This document shows positions 52,348-62,555 of a stretch of 64,000 nucleotides of DNA, piece by piece (the first letter of the stretch is position 1; each line of letters begins with the position of its first letter). Both the position numbers and the translations under genes were made by a program. The notes under the pieces are model-generated. The model did no database searches and had not been told where the DNA came from. It saw only the letters and a program-made list of their open reading frames with translations. Source of the stretch: Candidatus Latescibacterota bacterium (GTDB taxonomy: Bacteria; Latescibacterota; UBA2968; UBA8231); contig OZ242318.1 in assembly GCA_965208105.1 (NCBI GenBank), positions 2,336,001 through 2,400,000 of the forward strand, given 5' to 3'.

Positions 52348-54449
52348 TCATCCGCGGCGCGGAAACCTCTTTGAGGGTCCCTATCCGTGCTTGCCCCCGG
52401 AGAATCCTTGAATCCGGCACAGTATTCATCGCGCAGGACGCGGCGCATGACCTTGCCGGAAGCGGTTCTGGGCAGCGACTCGACGATGACCACCGCGTTA
52501 ATCCTGAAGAGAGGGTTGAGGTCGCGGCGGATGGCTGCCTGCAGGGACTCCTTCAGACACTCTGCAGGGACTTCTCCCGATACCACAGCGTAAACCACAA
52601 GTTGACTCGGCCCCCCCTGGAGGGGAGGGACGGCGATTGCGGCCGTTTCGCTGATTCCCCGCACAGAGTCGAGGGTGCGTTCGATCTCGGCCGAACTCAC
52701 CTTGATCCCACTTAGATTCATGGTGTCGTCGGCACGGCCGAGGGCGCGGTACTGATTGTTGCCGAGGCGCTCCACCTGGTCGCCGTGGCGGCGCAGGGGG
52801 ACATCCCCGGGAGGAGGCGGCGTCCCGGCAAAATACACCTCGTGGTGGTCCCTGTTCAGCAGCTCGGTGGAGAGCCCGATGGAAGGCGGGAGGAGAAAGA
52901 GCTCACCGCTGTCGGCTGGTTCGCCGTCGCCGTCGAGGACGGCAAAGTCCAGCCCCAGCGCAGGTGTGGTGAAAGTCGAAGGCGCGGCGGGCTGAACCGT
53001 GGTCGAGGTCATGTAGCCGCCCCCTATCTCCGTTCCCCCGCAGTACTCGACAACTGGCCGGTAACCCGCCAGGGACATCAGGTAGAGCATGTCGTCCGGG
53101 TTGGAGCACTCGCCCGTGGAACTGAATGCCTTGATGGCGCTCCAGTCCAGTCCCTCCATGCATCCGGTTTCCTTCCAGGCGCGCACCAGACTCGGAACCA
53201 CCCCCAGAATGCTGATCCTCGCTTCCTCCACGAATCGTCCAAATCCCCTCCCCGTTGGAGCGTCGTAGTAGAGGGCCATGGTCGCCTTATTGATCAGGCT
53301 TGCAAAGATCAGCCATGGTCCCATCATCCAGCCGAGGTTGGTTGGCCACGCCACCACATCTCCAAGATGAATGTCGTGATGCATATGGCCGTCTGCGGCA
53401 CACTTTATCGGGGTGGTCTGATTCCAGGGGATGGCCTTGGGTTCTCCCGTCGTACCCGAAGAGAACAGAATATTGATGTGATCGCAGGGACGGCGGGCCC
53501 TGGGTTCGAACCGGTCGAGAGGGCTGAGAAAATCCTCCCAGGTGGTATCGCCCGGGCGCAGTTTCACCCCCACATCCGGGGGATGGGCGGGAATCACGAT
53601 GGCACGGGGCGCATGCGCGGCGGCCACCTTGGCGTACATGGGCAATTCGGCCCCCAGCCGCGGAAGGTTGTCCTGGGTGAAAACCGCCCGTGCATTTGCC
53701 AGCCTCAGTCTCACCTCGATCTCGTGCGGCGCGAAACTGTCCGCGATGGAAACCGCCACGCAGCCCGCCTGGATTATGCCCAGGTAGGCCGCGGCGGATT
53801 CAGCCGTCATCGGCATGCAGAGGGCGACGGCATCTCCCGGACTGAAGCCGGAATCATCAAGGGCATTCGCAACCCGGCTGGAGAGGGCGAGAAGCTCCTT
53901 GTAGCGCATGGTCGAAATCGGGCCCTCCTGCGGCTGATAGACGATGGCCGGAGAGTCTCCGGCAGCCTGAAAGCAACTCTCGGCGATATTGAGCCGGGCG
54001 CCTGCCAGCCACCCGGGGGACTCCACGCCCCGGGAAAGATCAGCGATGGCGGTATACGGCCTCCTCAGCCTGATGCCCAGCCGCTGAATCATCAATTCCC
54101 AATAGCGCAAGCGGTGCGCGGCAGACCAGGCGTGGAGCTCCGGGTAGGAATCCAGCTTCAGGTACCTGGTCAGCGCGGCGATGTTCGTATTCCCGGCCTG
54201 TCCATCCTCGGGGAACCAGGCTGGTGCGGGTCCCCTGGCGGGGTTCCAGCCGCAATATGCGGCCTCGAACAGCAGCTTGTGAAGCCGAAATGGATGTCCC
54301 GGTTTCAACAACTCCCTGGACAGTTTCTTCCAGCATTCAGAGGGGGAAGGAGAGGCGAGAATTTCGTTGGCCCGGGGCAGAAGCTTCGCTGCGGCAGGCT
54401 CCTCCAAACCGCAGGCGATGAGTTGATCGAGGGTCGTCCTTTTCGCCAT
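52332..54449 (-). CDS. Acyl-CoA synthetase / AMP-binding enzyme resembling plant AAE17/18
   Basis: LFSSGTTGEPK, WPTNLGWMMG, SSTGE, EYCGGTEIG, RHGD, GRADD, PRTASGKVMRR. Confidence 0.9.
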   Translation of the reverse strand: MAKRTTLDQLIACGLEEPAAAKLLPRANEILASPSPSECWKKLSRELLKPGHPFRLHKLLFEAAYCGWNPARGPAPAWFPEDGQAGNTNIAALTRYLKLDSYPELHAWSAAHRLRYWELMIQRLGIRLRRPYTAIADLSRGVESPGWLAGARLNIAESCFQAAGDSPAIVYQPQEGPISTMRYKELLALSSRVANALDDSGFSPGDAVALCMPMTAESAAAYLGIIQAGCVAVSIADSFAPHEIEVRLRLANARAVFTQDNLPRLGAELPMYAKVAAAHAPRAIVIPAHPPDVGVKLRPGDTTWEDFLSPLDRFEPRARRPCDHINILFSSGTTGEPKAIPWNQTTPIKCAADGHMHHDIHLGDVVAWPTNLGWMMGPWLIFASLINKATMALYYDAPTGRGFGRFVEEARISILGVVPSLVRAWKETGCMEGLDWSAIKAFSSTGECSNPDDMLYLMSLAGYRPVVEYCGGTEIGGGYMTSTTVQPAAPSTFTTPALGLDFAVLDGDGEPADSGELFLLPPSIGLSTELLNRDHHEVYFAGTPPPPGDVPLRRHGDQVERLGNNQYRALGRADDTMNLSGIKVSSAEIERTLDSVRGISETAAIAVPPLQGGPSQLVVYAVVSGEVPAECLKESLQAAIRRDLNPLFRINAVVIVESLPRTASGKVMRRVLRDEYCAGFKDSPGASTDRDPQRGFRAADDHPTR

Positions 54450-54609
54450 TGGGGAAATATATGGTGGATGTGCCCGCATGGAAACAGGCCCTCCCTCCCG
54501 GGAAGACAGCCCTATTGGATAAGACGGCATTGACCTCGTTGGACGCAAATGACAAATTGCAAAGGAGCTCACCAAGGCTGCCGGTCTTGCCCTTTGAAAA
54601 GAGGTTGGC

Positions 54610-55791
54610 ATGGATGGTCCGCGAGCGTGCCGCGAAGATGACTTCGAGGAGACTGTCGCCCTCGTCAATGCAGTGTTCAGAGCGGGCACTGACCAGGACA
54701 TACGCACCGACTACCCGCTGGTATTCAACGCGAATCGAATGCACTACATGCGCATCATTCGGGTTGACGGGAAGGTGGTTGCCCACGTGCCGGTCGCGCC
54801 ACGGGGGGTCGTTGCCTCGGAAGACCGGTTCATCGTGGGTATAATCAGCCCCACGGCTACCCATGCGGACTATCGCCGGCGCTCATACGGGACCCGGTGC
54901 CTGCGGGACTGTGTGCGCCTCATGGAAGAGAACGGGTGGCCGGTCTCGGCGCTGTGGACCCTGGAGGAGACTTTTCCCTTTTACCGCAATTCCGGGTGGG
55001 AGGCGGTGTCTTCCCAGGGCTGGGTATACCACCTGACGGGGTTGGAGCACCGGCTTTTCAAGGCCGGAGAATTCGATGTCGTTCCATTTGATCCAGGGGA
55101 GGCGGGGCATCTGACCGCGGTCGAGAAGCTCCACAACGCCGAGCCCTTCCGCATCGCGCGGTCCCGCTCCGAATACCTTGCCCTTTTCACCCTGCCCAAG
55201 ATAAGCACCTTCCTGGCGCGAAGGGCAGGAAGAACGGTTTCCTATTTGATGTATGGAGAGGGCAGAAACAAACCCGGACTGATCGAGGCCGGTGGAGACA
55301 TGAGGGGCCTGGAAGCCCTGGTCAGGCACATCCTGCTGGAGCTCGCGCCGACAGAGCAGATACAGGTGGTGACACCCTTGACCCCGACGGTCCTGCAAAG
55401 GCTCATGGAGCACAAGAAGCCGGGAACCGGGCGTCCGGTGGAGGTGGCCGATGGCATCAGCTACCAGATGATGAGGGTGAACAGTCTCGAAGGACTGCTG
55501 AGGCGGATCGAGAACCACCTGCGCAGCAAGGCCGCCGGTCTGACCGGCGCCGCCTGCCTGAAGTGCAGTGAATCAGGAGAAGCCGTTACCCTGAGGTTCG
55601 GCGCCGGTGAGGTCGAGATCCTCTCCGGCCAGGCAGCGGACCCGCTGGAGCTGACCAGAAGACAGTTGGCGCAGCTCATCTTCGGTGGACATTCTTCAGG
55701 CGAACCGATCGAGGCCACCGGAGAAGCGGGAAGAATAGTGCAAAAGGTTTTCCCCTATTACTTCCCCATCTGGGAGCTGGACCACTCGTAG
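54610..55791 (+). CDS. GNAT acetyltransferase with Eis-like architecture
   Basis: T..DYRRRSYG acetyl-CoA motif, FYRNSGWE, MMRVNSL followed by an SCP2-like tail (QLAQLIFG). Confidence 0.75.
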   Translation: MDGPRACREDDFEETVALVNAVFRAGTDQDIRTDYPLVFNANRMHYMRIIRVDGKVVAHVPVAPRGVVASEDRFIVGIISPTATHADYRRRSYGTRCLRDCVRLMEENGWPVSALWTLEETFPFYRNSGWEAVSSQGWVYHLTGLEHRLFKAGEFDVVPFDPGEAGHLTAVEKLHNAEPFRIARSRSEYLALFTLPKISTFLARRAGRTVSYLMYGEGRNKPGLIEAGGDMRGLEALVRHILLELAPTEQIQVVTPLTPTVLQRLMEHKKPGTGRPVEVADGISYQMMRVNSLEGLLRRIENHLRSKAAGLTGAACLKCSESGEAVTLRFGAGEVEILSGQAADPLELTRRQLAQLIFGGHSSGEPIEATGEAGRIVQKVFPYYFPIWELDHS

Positions 55792-55854
55792 ATAAAGGGG
55801 ATTGGCGTTGCCTCCCGGAGCCGGATGGAACGCCAGGGCGAGTGCGGAAATCCT

Positions 55855-58548
55855 CTAATCGGCACTCGCCATACGCCGCAATACGGTCTGCAGGATTCCT
55901 CCGTTCCGGTAGTAATCGATCTCAACCGGTGTATCTATGCGGCAGATGGCGATGAACCGCTTCTCGCTGCCTCCCCCGCGCACTACAACCTCGAGTTCCT
56001 GTCCGGGCCGCAGCTCGTCGTCCAGGCCTCCGATGTCGTATTCTTCCTCGCCGCTCAGACCAAGGCTGTTGCGGTCCTCGCCTTCCTTGAACTGCAGCGG
56101 CAGAATGCCCATGCCGATCAGGTTGGAGCGGTGGATGCGCTCATAACTCTCCGCGATTACGGCCTTGACCCCCTGGAGGAAGGGGCCTTTGGCCGCCCAA
56201 TCCCGGCTTGAACCCGTTCCATATTCCTTCCCCGCCAACACGATGGTCGGAGTGCCGTCCTGCTTGTACCTCTCGGCCGCCTCGTAGATCGACATCCGCT
56301 CTCCACTGGGAAGATATCGAGTATGCCCGCCCTCGGCTCCGGGCACCAATTCGTTCCGGATGCGGATATTGGCAAAGGTACCGCGCATCATTACCTCGTG
56401 GTTTCCACGGCGCGAGCCGTAGCTGTTCCAATCTCGCCGCTCGACCTCGTGGCTTTCCAGGTATTGGGCCGCCGGACTCTCTGCGGCGATGGACCCCGCC
56501 GGCGAAATATGGTCGGTGGTGACGCTGTCGGCGAGCTTGGCCAGGACGCGGGCGCCGACGATCGGTTCCACGGCCGGTGCCTCGCGGCCCAGGTCAGCGA
56601 AGAAAGTAGGCCGGCGGATATAGGTGCTTTCCTCGTCCCAGTTGTAGATCTCGCCAGCGGGAACGCGAATGTTGTTCCAGATTTCGTTGCCGCTGAATAC
56701 ATTGGCGTACTCCTCGGCGAACATCCTGGGATGTACCGCTTGGGCGACCTCGGAGCGGACCTCCTCCTGGCCGGGCCAGATGTCGCGCAAATAGACCGGC
56801 CGGCCTTCCCGGTCTAGGCCCAACGCCTCAATCTCGAAGTCCAGATCGACCCGGCCGGCCAGGGCATAGGCCACTACGAGGGGGGGCGAAGCCAGGAAAT
56901 TCGCCCGGGTCAGGGGGTGCACCCTGCCTTCAAAATTGCGGTTGCCGCTGAGCACGCTGCAAACGACCAGGTCATTCGCTTCAATGGCCTTCTCGATCGG
57001 CTCGAGCAGCGGACCGGAGTTCCCGATGCAGGTCGTGCATCCGTAGCCGACGGTGTGGAACCCCAGAGCTTCCAGATCCTTGTCGAGGCCGGAAGCCTTC
57101 AAATAGCGCGTCACTACACGCGACCCAGGTGCCAAGCTGGTCTTGACGTGAGCCGGCACACTCAGCCCTCTTTCCACCGCGTGACGCGCCAGGAGGCCCG
57201 CCCCTACCATCACCGCCGGATTACTGGTATTGGTGCACGAAGTAATGGCGGCGATAACCACCGCGCCATCGCTCAACTCGGCCCTGTTTCCATTCGCTTC
57301 CACCTCCACCCGGGCGCCGGGGGTTTTTGCGCCGGAGGATTGCCTGAAGTCCCTTTCGAAAGTGCTCTTCATGGACCGCATTGGAACCCTGTCCTGAGGC
57401 CGGGTCGGTCCGGCGAGACTGGGCTCCACGGTACCCATATCCAACTCCAGCGTTTCGCTGAAAACCGAGTCGGGCGCCGTGCTGCGGTAGTAGATTCCCT
57501 GGGCCTCGGCGTAGGCCTCGACGCGCTCGGCCAAGGCCGGTTTGCGGCCGCTCTGTCTCAGGTAGCGCAAGGTTTCCTCGTCCACCGGGAACATGCCTAC
57601 CGTGGCCCCGTACTCCGGGGCCATGTTGGCCAGGGTGGCGCGGTCCGCCAGGCTCAACGTGCCAAGTCCCGGTCCGTAAAACTCCACGAATTTTCCAACC
57701 ACGCCGTGCCGGCGCAGCATCTGGGTAGCCGTCAGCACGAGGTCGGTGGCCGTGGTCCCCGGAGGGAGTTCTCCCTCGAGCCTGAACCCCACGACGTGGG
57801 GCAGCAGCATATAGATTGGCTGGCCCAGCATCACCGCTTCCGCCTCGATGCCGCCTGCTCCCCAGCCCAGTACCCCCAGGCCATTGATCATTGTCGTGTG
57901 GCTGTCGGTACCCACCAGGCTGTCCGGGAAGAAGACCGTGCCGCCCTCCCCATCGGTCTGCTCCTGGACCACCGAAGCCAGGTACTCCAGGTTTACCTGG
58001 TGTACGATTCCCGTCGCGGGGGGAACGACTCGAAAATTGTCGAAGGCATCCTGTCCCCAACGCAAGAACTCGTAGCGCTCCTTGTTGCGTTCGAACTCGC
58101 GCGCGGCGTTCAATTCCAGAGCGCGGCGCAGGCCGTAGTGATCCACCTGCACCGAGTGATCGATCACCAGATCCACTGGAATGAGGGGGTTGACCTTACC
58201 GGGGTCGGCGCCCAACTCGACCATGGCGTCGCGCATGGCGGCCAGGTCGACCACCGCGGGCACCCCGGTGAAGTCCTGCATGACCACGCGCGCGGGTTTG
58301 AAAGGGATCTCCTCCCTGCCGGCGGTCTGTGGGCTCCACCTTGCTATGCGCTCCACATCTTCAGGAGTGATCTCGAATCCGTCGCATTGACGCAGCGCCG
58401 CCTCCAGCAGAACCTTGATCGAATAGGGCAGCCGGCTGGTTGCGGCGACGCCATCCTCCTCCAGCTTTTGAATTCGAAAGATCGAACCTGTACCGGCGCT
58501 CGACTCCAGGGTGGTCCTGGCGCCGAATGCATCGTTGCTCCCTGCCAT
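55855..58548 (-). CDS. acnA: Aconitate hydratase A
   Basis: [70 protein letters not shown]. Confidence 0.99.
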   Translation of the reverse strand: MAGSNDAFGARTTLESSAGTGSIFRIQKLEEDGVAATSRLPYSIKVLLEAALRQCDGFEITPEDVERIARWSPQTAGREEIPFKPARVVMQDFTGVPAVVDLAAMRDAMVELGADPGKVNPLIPVDLVIDHSVQVDHYGLRRALELNAAREFERNKERYEFLRWGQDAFDNFRVVPPATGIVHQVNLEYLASVVQEQTDGEGGTVFFPDSLVGTDSHTTMINGLGVLGWGAGGIEAEAVMLGQPIYMLLPHVVGFRLEGELPPGTTATDLVLTATQMLRRHGVVGKFVEFYGPGLGTLSLADRATLANMAPEYGATVGMFPVDEETLRYLRQSGRKPALAERVEAYAEAQGIYYRSTAPDSVFSETLELDMGTVEPSLAGPTRPQDRVPMRSMKSTFERDFRQSSGAKTPGARVEVEANGNRAELSDGAVVIAAITSCTNTSNPAVMVGAGLLARHAVERGLSVPAHVKTSLAPGSRVVTRYLKASGLDKDLEALGFHTVGYGCTTCIGNSGPLLEPIEKAIEANDLVVCSVLSGNRNFEGRVHPLTRANFLASPPLVVAYALAGRVDLDFEIEALGLDREGRPVYLRDIWPGQEEVRSEVAQAVHPRMFAEEYANVFSGNEIWNNIRVPAGEIYNWDEESTYIRRPTFFADLGREAPAVEPIVGARVLAKLADSVTTDHISPAGSIAAESPAAQYLESHEVERRDWNSYGSRRGNHEVMMRGTFANIRIRNELVPGAEGGHTRYLPSGERMSIYEAAERYKQDGTPTIVLAGKEYGTGSSRDWAAKGPFLQGVKAVIAESYERIHRSNLIGMGILPLQFKEGEDRNSLGLSGEEEYDIGGLDDELRPGQELEVVVRGGGSEKRFIAICRIDTPVEIDYYRNGGILQTVLRRMASAD

Positions 58549-58586
58549 GCTTCAGTCACTCCGGATGTGGGTTTTCCGCTTCAATG

Positions 58587-58614
58587 AAAGTAGTTTGGAC
58601 CCCCCGTCTGTCAA
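58587..58614 (-). promoter_or_regulatory. Putative sigma70 promoter for acnA
   Basis: Minus strand TTGACA-16 nt-TACTTT, ~40 bp upstream of the ATG. Confidence 0.45.
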
Positions 58615-58807
58615 GCGGGGCAGGATGGAATCAGCTGCTCGAGGGGGTATCCGCCGGGCTCCTATTCCGGCTTCCCTGCCCACTGGGCATCCCGGCTGGA
58701 TTCTCCATGAATCTGCCGGTTCGAGGCACGGCCGCCTTTGCCCATTTGGCGGAATTTCGTACTATCTCTCCAACCGCGATTGGCAACCGGATTCGATCAA
58801 GCAATGC

Positions 58808-60640
58808 GTGTCCCCGAAAGAAACCTCCGTGCAAAATCTGGGCAGTTTCCTTGACCTGTTGAGGGCCGAAGACGAACTCGTCACCGTGGAAGCCCCCGTT
58901 GACCCGGACCTGGAGATTGCCGAAATCCACAGACGCGTCATCGCCTCGGGAGGGCCGGCCCTGCTCTTCACCCGGGTCAAAGGGGCCGACTTCCCCTGCG
59001 TGACCAATCTCTTCGGCACCACCAGACGCGTCGACCTGGCCTTCGGCAAGCGGCCTGAGCGGTTCCTTGCCCAGCTGGTCGAGGCGGTTCAGGATCTGGC
59101 CAGCATGTCGGCGGGAAAGCTGTGGAAACACCGCAGGCTGGCAGCCGCGGGGGGCCGGATCGGCCTGAAGACGGTCTCGCGCGGCCCCATCCTCGAGTGC
59201 CGCCAATCGCCGCCCGATCTGGGACGACTGCCCTTGCTCAAGACCTGGCCTCAGGACGGAGGCGCGTTCATCACCCTACCCCTGGTCTATACCGAACATC
59301 CTGACACCCTTTGCCACAACCTGGGGATCTACCGCATCCAGCGCTACGACGGCCAAACCACGGGCGTGCACTGGCAGATCCAGAAAGGCGGAGGATTCCA
59401 CTACCATGTCGCTGAAGAGCGCGGACAGGCCCTGCCGTTGACGATCTTCGTCGGCGGTCCTCCCGCTCTGATCCTGGCTGCCATTGCGCCGCTGCCTGAA
59501 AACCTGCCCGAGCTCATCCTTGCCTCCCTGCTCCAGGGCGGCAAGCTCCAGCGCGTCAAGAACCCGGCGGGTGGAGCCCCACTCATCGCGGCGGCCGAAT
59601 TCGCCATTCAGGGAATTGTTCCACCGCATATCCGCCGCACCGAGGGCCCTTTCGGCGATCATTACGGCTACTACTCTCTGCGCCACGACTACCCCATCTT
59701 CCAGGTCCAACAACTATTTCACCGCAAGGATGCCGTCTTTCCCGCCACGGTGGTGGGCAAGCCGCCACAGGAGGACTTCTTCCTTGGCAACTACATCCAG
59801 ACCCTGATGGCGCCGCTGAGCCGGATGGTGATGCCGTCCATCGAGGCCATCTGGAGCTACGGAGAAACCGGCTACCATTCTCTTTGCAGCATCGTTGTGC
59901 GGGAACGCTATCCACGCGAGGCCATGAAGTTCGCATTCCGGATCCTGGGAGAGGACGGCGGCCAACTGGCCCTGACCAAGTTCCTGGTCGTCGTGGACCG
60001 CCACCTGGACCTGACCGATTTTCGCCAGGTCCTCGCCTATGCCCTGGAGCGGGCCCAACTGGAGACCGACCTGTTCATCATCGCCAACCTGGCCATGGAC
60101 AGCCTCGACTATACCGGCCCCGAAATCAACAAGGGCAGCAAGGGTATTCTGATAGGGGTGGGACCGCCCAGGCGCCAACTTCCCCGTGAGTTCGCCGGAG
60201 AATTGCCCGGCGGCGCCCGTTCCGCCGCGCCTTACTGCCCGGGATGCCTGGCGGTCAGCGGGCCCGCATACGGCGCCGACCCCGACTACGCCCAGAGGCT
60301 TGCACGCGACACATCCCTCTCAGGATGGCCCCTCGTCTTCCTGGTGGACGACACCGGAATTGCCTCCAGAAACATCGCCTTCCTGTGGAGCACATTCACC
60401 CGTTTCGAGCCCGCCGCCGATCTCTACGCGGCCTCCACCCGCCTGCACCGCCACCACCTGTGCTATACTCCTCCGCTGATCCTCGACTGCAGGATGAAAC
60501 CGGGATATCCGGAGGAGTTGAGCTCCGACCCGGAAGTCTCCGAACGGGTAACCCGGCGCTGGGCCGAATATTTCCCCGATGGCCGCGTGGAAGGAGCTGC
60601 AGACTCCCTGGGCTATGGTGGATTCGACCTGCTCGATTAG
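58808..60640 (+). CDS. UbiD family prFMN-dependent decarboxylase, long form (possibly menaquinone futalosine pathway)
   Basis: LEIAEIHRR, GPALLF, DGGAFITLP, NLGIYR, EGPFGDHYGYY, VGKPPQED, LDYTG; start uncertain (GTG 58808 or 58829). Confidence 0.9.
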   Translation: MSPKETSVQNLGSFLDLLRAEDELVTVEAPVDPDLEIAEIHRRVIASGGPALLFTRVKGADFPCVTNLFGTTRRVDLAFGKRPERFLAQLVEAVQDLASMSAGKLWKHRRLAAAGGRIGLKTVSRGPILECRQSPPDLGRLPLLKTWPQDGGAFITLPLVYTEHPDTLCHNLGIYRIQRYDGQTTGVHWQIQKGGGFHYHVAEERGQALPLTIFVGGPPALILAAIAPLPENLPELILASLLQGGKLQRVKNPAGGAPLIAAAEFAIQGIVPPHIRRTEGPFGDHYGYYSLRHDYPIFQVQQLFHRKDAVFPATVVGKPPQEDFFLGNYIQTLMAPLSRMVMPSIEAIWSYGETGYHSLCSIVVRERYPREAMKFAFRILGEDGGQLALTKFLVVVDRHLDLTDFRQVLAYALERAQLETDLFIIANLAMDSLDYTGPEINKGSKGILIGVGPPRRQLPREFAGELPGGARSAAPYCPGCLAVSGPAYGADPDYAQRLARDTSLSGWPLVFLVDDTGIASRNIAFLWSTFTRFEPAADLYAASTRLHRHHLCYTPPLILDCRMKPGYPEELSSDPEVSERVTRRWAEYFPDGRVEGAADSLGYGGFDLLD

Positions 60641-60732
60641 GGTTTTGGCGGGGAAGGATCTGTCCAGGCGATGACCCCCTTGCCATGGCTTGCAGGGACA
60701 GGTTCCGGCCTCTATATTTGATGCCCTTCACC

Positions 60733-60896
60733 AGTCTCCCGTCGCAGAGATAGGTTGACGCAATTGGGACGCCGAGGCGCCAGGCTCACAAGGCGCCTGA
60801 GCGAGTCGTACCAGTGGTGTACGGCGAGTGAAGGCAACGCCGTGAGCCGGGATGGATCGGCGGGAAAATTGCGACGTATTTCTGCGACGGGACACT
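60733..60896. mobile_element. MITE-like repeat, copy 2
   Basis: AGTCTCCCGTCGCAGAGATA ... TATTTCTGCGACGGGACACT; colinear with 32446-32610 with a few substitutions and indels. Confidence 0.88.
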
Positions 60897-60920
60897 TGAG
60901 CAGCACATCCATTCCTTTGG

Positions 60921-60995
60921 GCTCCCATCGTCTAGCGGTCAGGACCCCAGATTTTCAATCTGGTAACCGGAGTTCGACTCTCCGTGGGAGCACCA
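60921..60995 (+). tRNA. tRNA-Glu(TTC), probable integration site
   Basis: GCTCCCA/TGGGAGC acceptor stem, CCAGA-TTTTCAA-TCTGG anticodon arm, GTTCGACTC, CCA. Confidence 0.96.
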
Positions 60996-61147
60996 TTTTT
61001 CTTGTTCCTCTTAGTTTTCCTCTGTTCCATAATATTCTATAACCAGTTGGAAGAGAATAAGTTCCATCATTCCACTTTGTCCTTGACCATTCCATGGGAT
61101 TCCCCTGTATTCCACATTATTTGTGGGAATAAACGTGGGGAAATGTC

Positions 61148-61852
61148 ATGGGAAAGCTTACAGCAGCCAAGGTAAAATCGCTCCTGAAGCCAGGTCGCTA
61201 CGGCGATGGCGGGACCCTGTTCCTGTACGTCGCTCCGGGGGGATCGAAGTCCTGGATTCAGCGCCTGACCATCAAAGGGCGTCGCCGGGACATGGGCTTG
61301 GGAGCTTATCCCCTCGTCAGTCTGAGGGAAGCCCGGGATAAGGCCTTCGAAAATCGCAGGCTTGCTCGCTCCGAGGGGATCCGCTCGCCGAAAAGCGGAG
61401 AGCCCGGACTCCGACCTTCCGGCAAGCTGCCCAGGCGACCTTCGAAGCCAACAGGCCGCGCTGGCGCAATGCCAAGGTCGCCTCGAACTGGATGCAGCAA
61501 CTGAAGCGTCATGCATTCCCTCATCTTGGGGACCTACCGGTGGACCGGATCATGCGCAAGGACGTGCTGGCGGTATTGACGCCGATATGGACTAGCAAGC
61601 CGGAGACGGCGCGACGCGTGCGGAGATCCATCAAGGCCACCCTGCGCTGGTGTCAAACGCACGGGTATATTGAGCACAACATGGCCGGGGAGGCAATTGA
61701 TGGTGCTCTACCTTCGATGAGGCCTATCAGTCATCACCTTCGGGCTTTACCCTACCATGAAGTCAACGAGGCGTTAGGCATTGTTGAAGGATCCGAGGCA
61801 TCTCCATCGGTGAAACTGTGTTTTCAAATTCCTGGTATTAACGGCAGCGAGG
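61148..61852 (+). pseudogene. P4-like tyrosine integrase pseudogene (two frameshifts, truncated)
   Basis: KLTA..V..KPGRYGDGGTLFL..GGSKSW..RRRDMGLGAYPLVSLREAR; shifts near 61372 and 61822 restore GDPLAEK...KPETARR and FLVLTAAR; cut right after the first catalytic Arg. Confidence 0.9.
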
Positions 61853-61900
61853 TGGACCCCATTCTTTGGACAGCCTGGCAGCCTGATAAAGGTGGATTTC
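61853..61900. mobile_element. Probable IS3-family end fragment interrupting the integrase
   Basis: Begins TG, TGGACCCCATTCTTTGGACA resembles IS3-family inverted repeats; abrupt junction with the integrase. Confidence 0.5.
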
Positions 61901-62236
61901 TTACCTGCCCAGAAAATTCTCCTTTATTTCCCCCCAAGATAGATGGCCTACGGCGGTAGGAATCCGAGAAAAGACTACGGGTTTGCCTGCAAGAGAGTGC
62001 CGGGTGACAGACTTGCTTGAGCCGTGTGCGGTGAAAGTCGCATGCACGTTTCCGAGGGGGCCGGGGGATGGTGACATCCTCCGGCTACCCGACCCTCACC
62101 GTGCTTTGGCCCACTGGCCACCGGCGCCGGAGGCCGTCCTGCCCAGGATGCAGGGTGGGAATTCATCCTTTGGAAATGGCCCCTTAATGATTTCTGCACT
62201 ATTTTCGTAGTTGGCACCATTCGTGGGGGCAGGTCA
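61901..62236 (+). mobile_element. Internally deleted IS3-family (IS407-like) element remnant
   Basis: Left TTACCTGCCC and right GGGGCAGGTCA ends are inverted repeats; OrfB C-terminus PHRALAHWPPAPEA resembles RPHSSLGYRPPAPE. Confidence 0.7.
62019..62093 (+). ncRNA. Group II intron domains V-VI (3' end remnant)
   Basis: GAGCCGTGTGCGGTGAAAGTCGCATGCACG..GAGGGG (DV with AGC triad and GAAA loop); DVI ending CTACCCGAC. Confidence 0.88.
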
Positions 62237-62555
62237 TGGATAGGAAGGGGTTTCGTGCTGTCATTAATTTAGCAGAAATCTCAGGACATGACCGCCCGTC
62301 TTACGCATTCAGCCAATTATCGCAAGAAAAGAGTGGAAGAGGTGTTCGGCGCGATTCAGGGCAAAGTCGTCTATCACGAAAACATCAACCTGCCCACCGC
62401 CGGAATCCGGGAGCGCACGACGCTGTTGAAGATAGGTGATAAGAAACCCGCACGGCCCATTTGCGCCCTCTCGGCGCCTTGACAGGGTATCGAAACAGGG
62501 GCCTTATTATTCGATTAGCCTGCCACCCTGGCGGAGGGACACATAAGAAGGAGCC

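Noticed and set aside
52785-54533. 582-aa + strand ORF
   Set aside because: Antisense shadow of the acyl-CoA synthetase; no motifs; expected from GC-rich codon bias
56917-58587. 556-aa + strand ORF
   Set aside because: Antisense shadow of acnA with no independent coding evidence
62479-62510. TTGACA...TATTAT promoter for the GSIII gene
   Set aside because: The 20-nt spacer is too long for a confident sigma70 call
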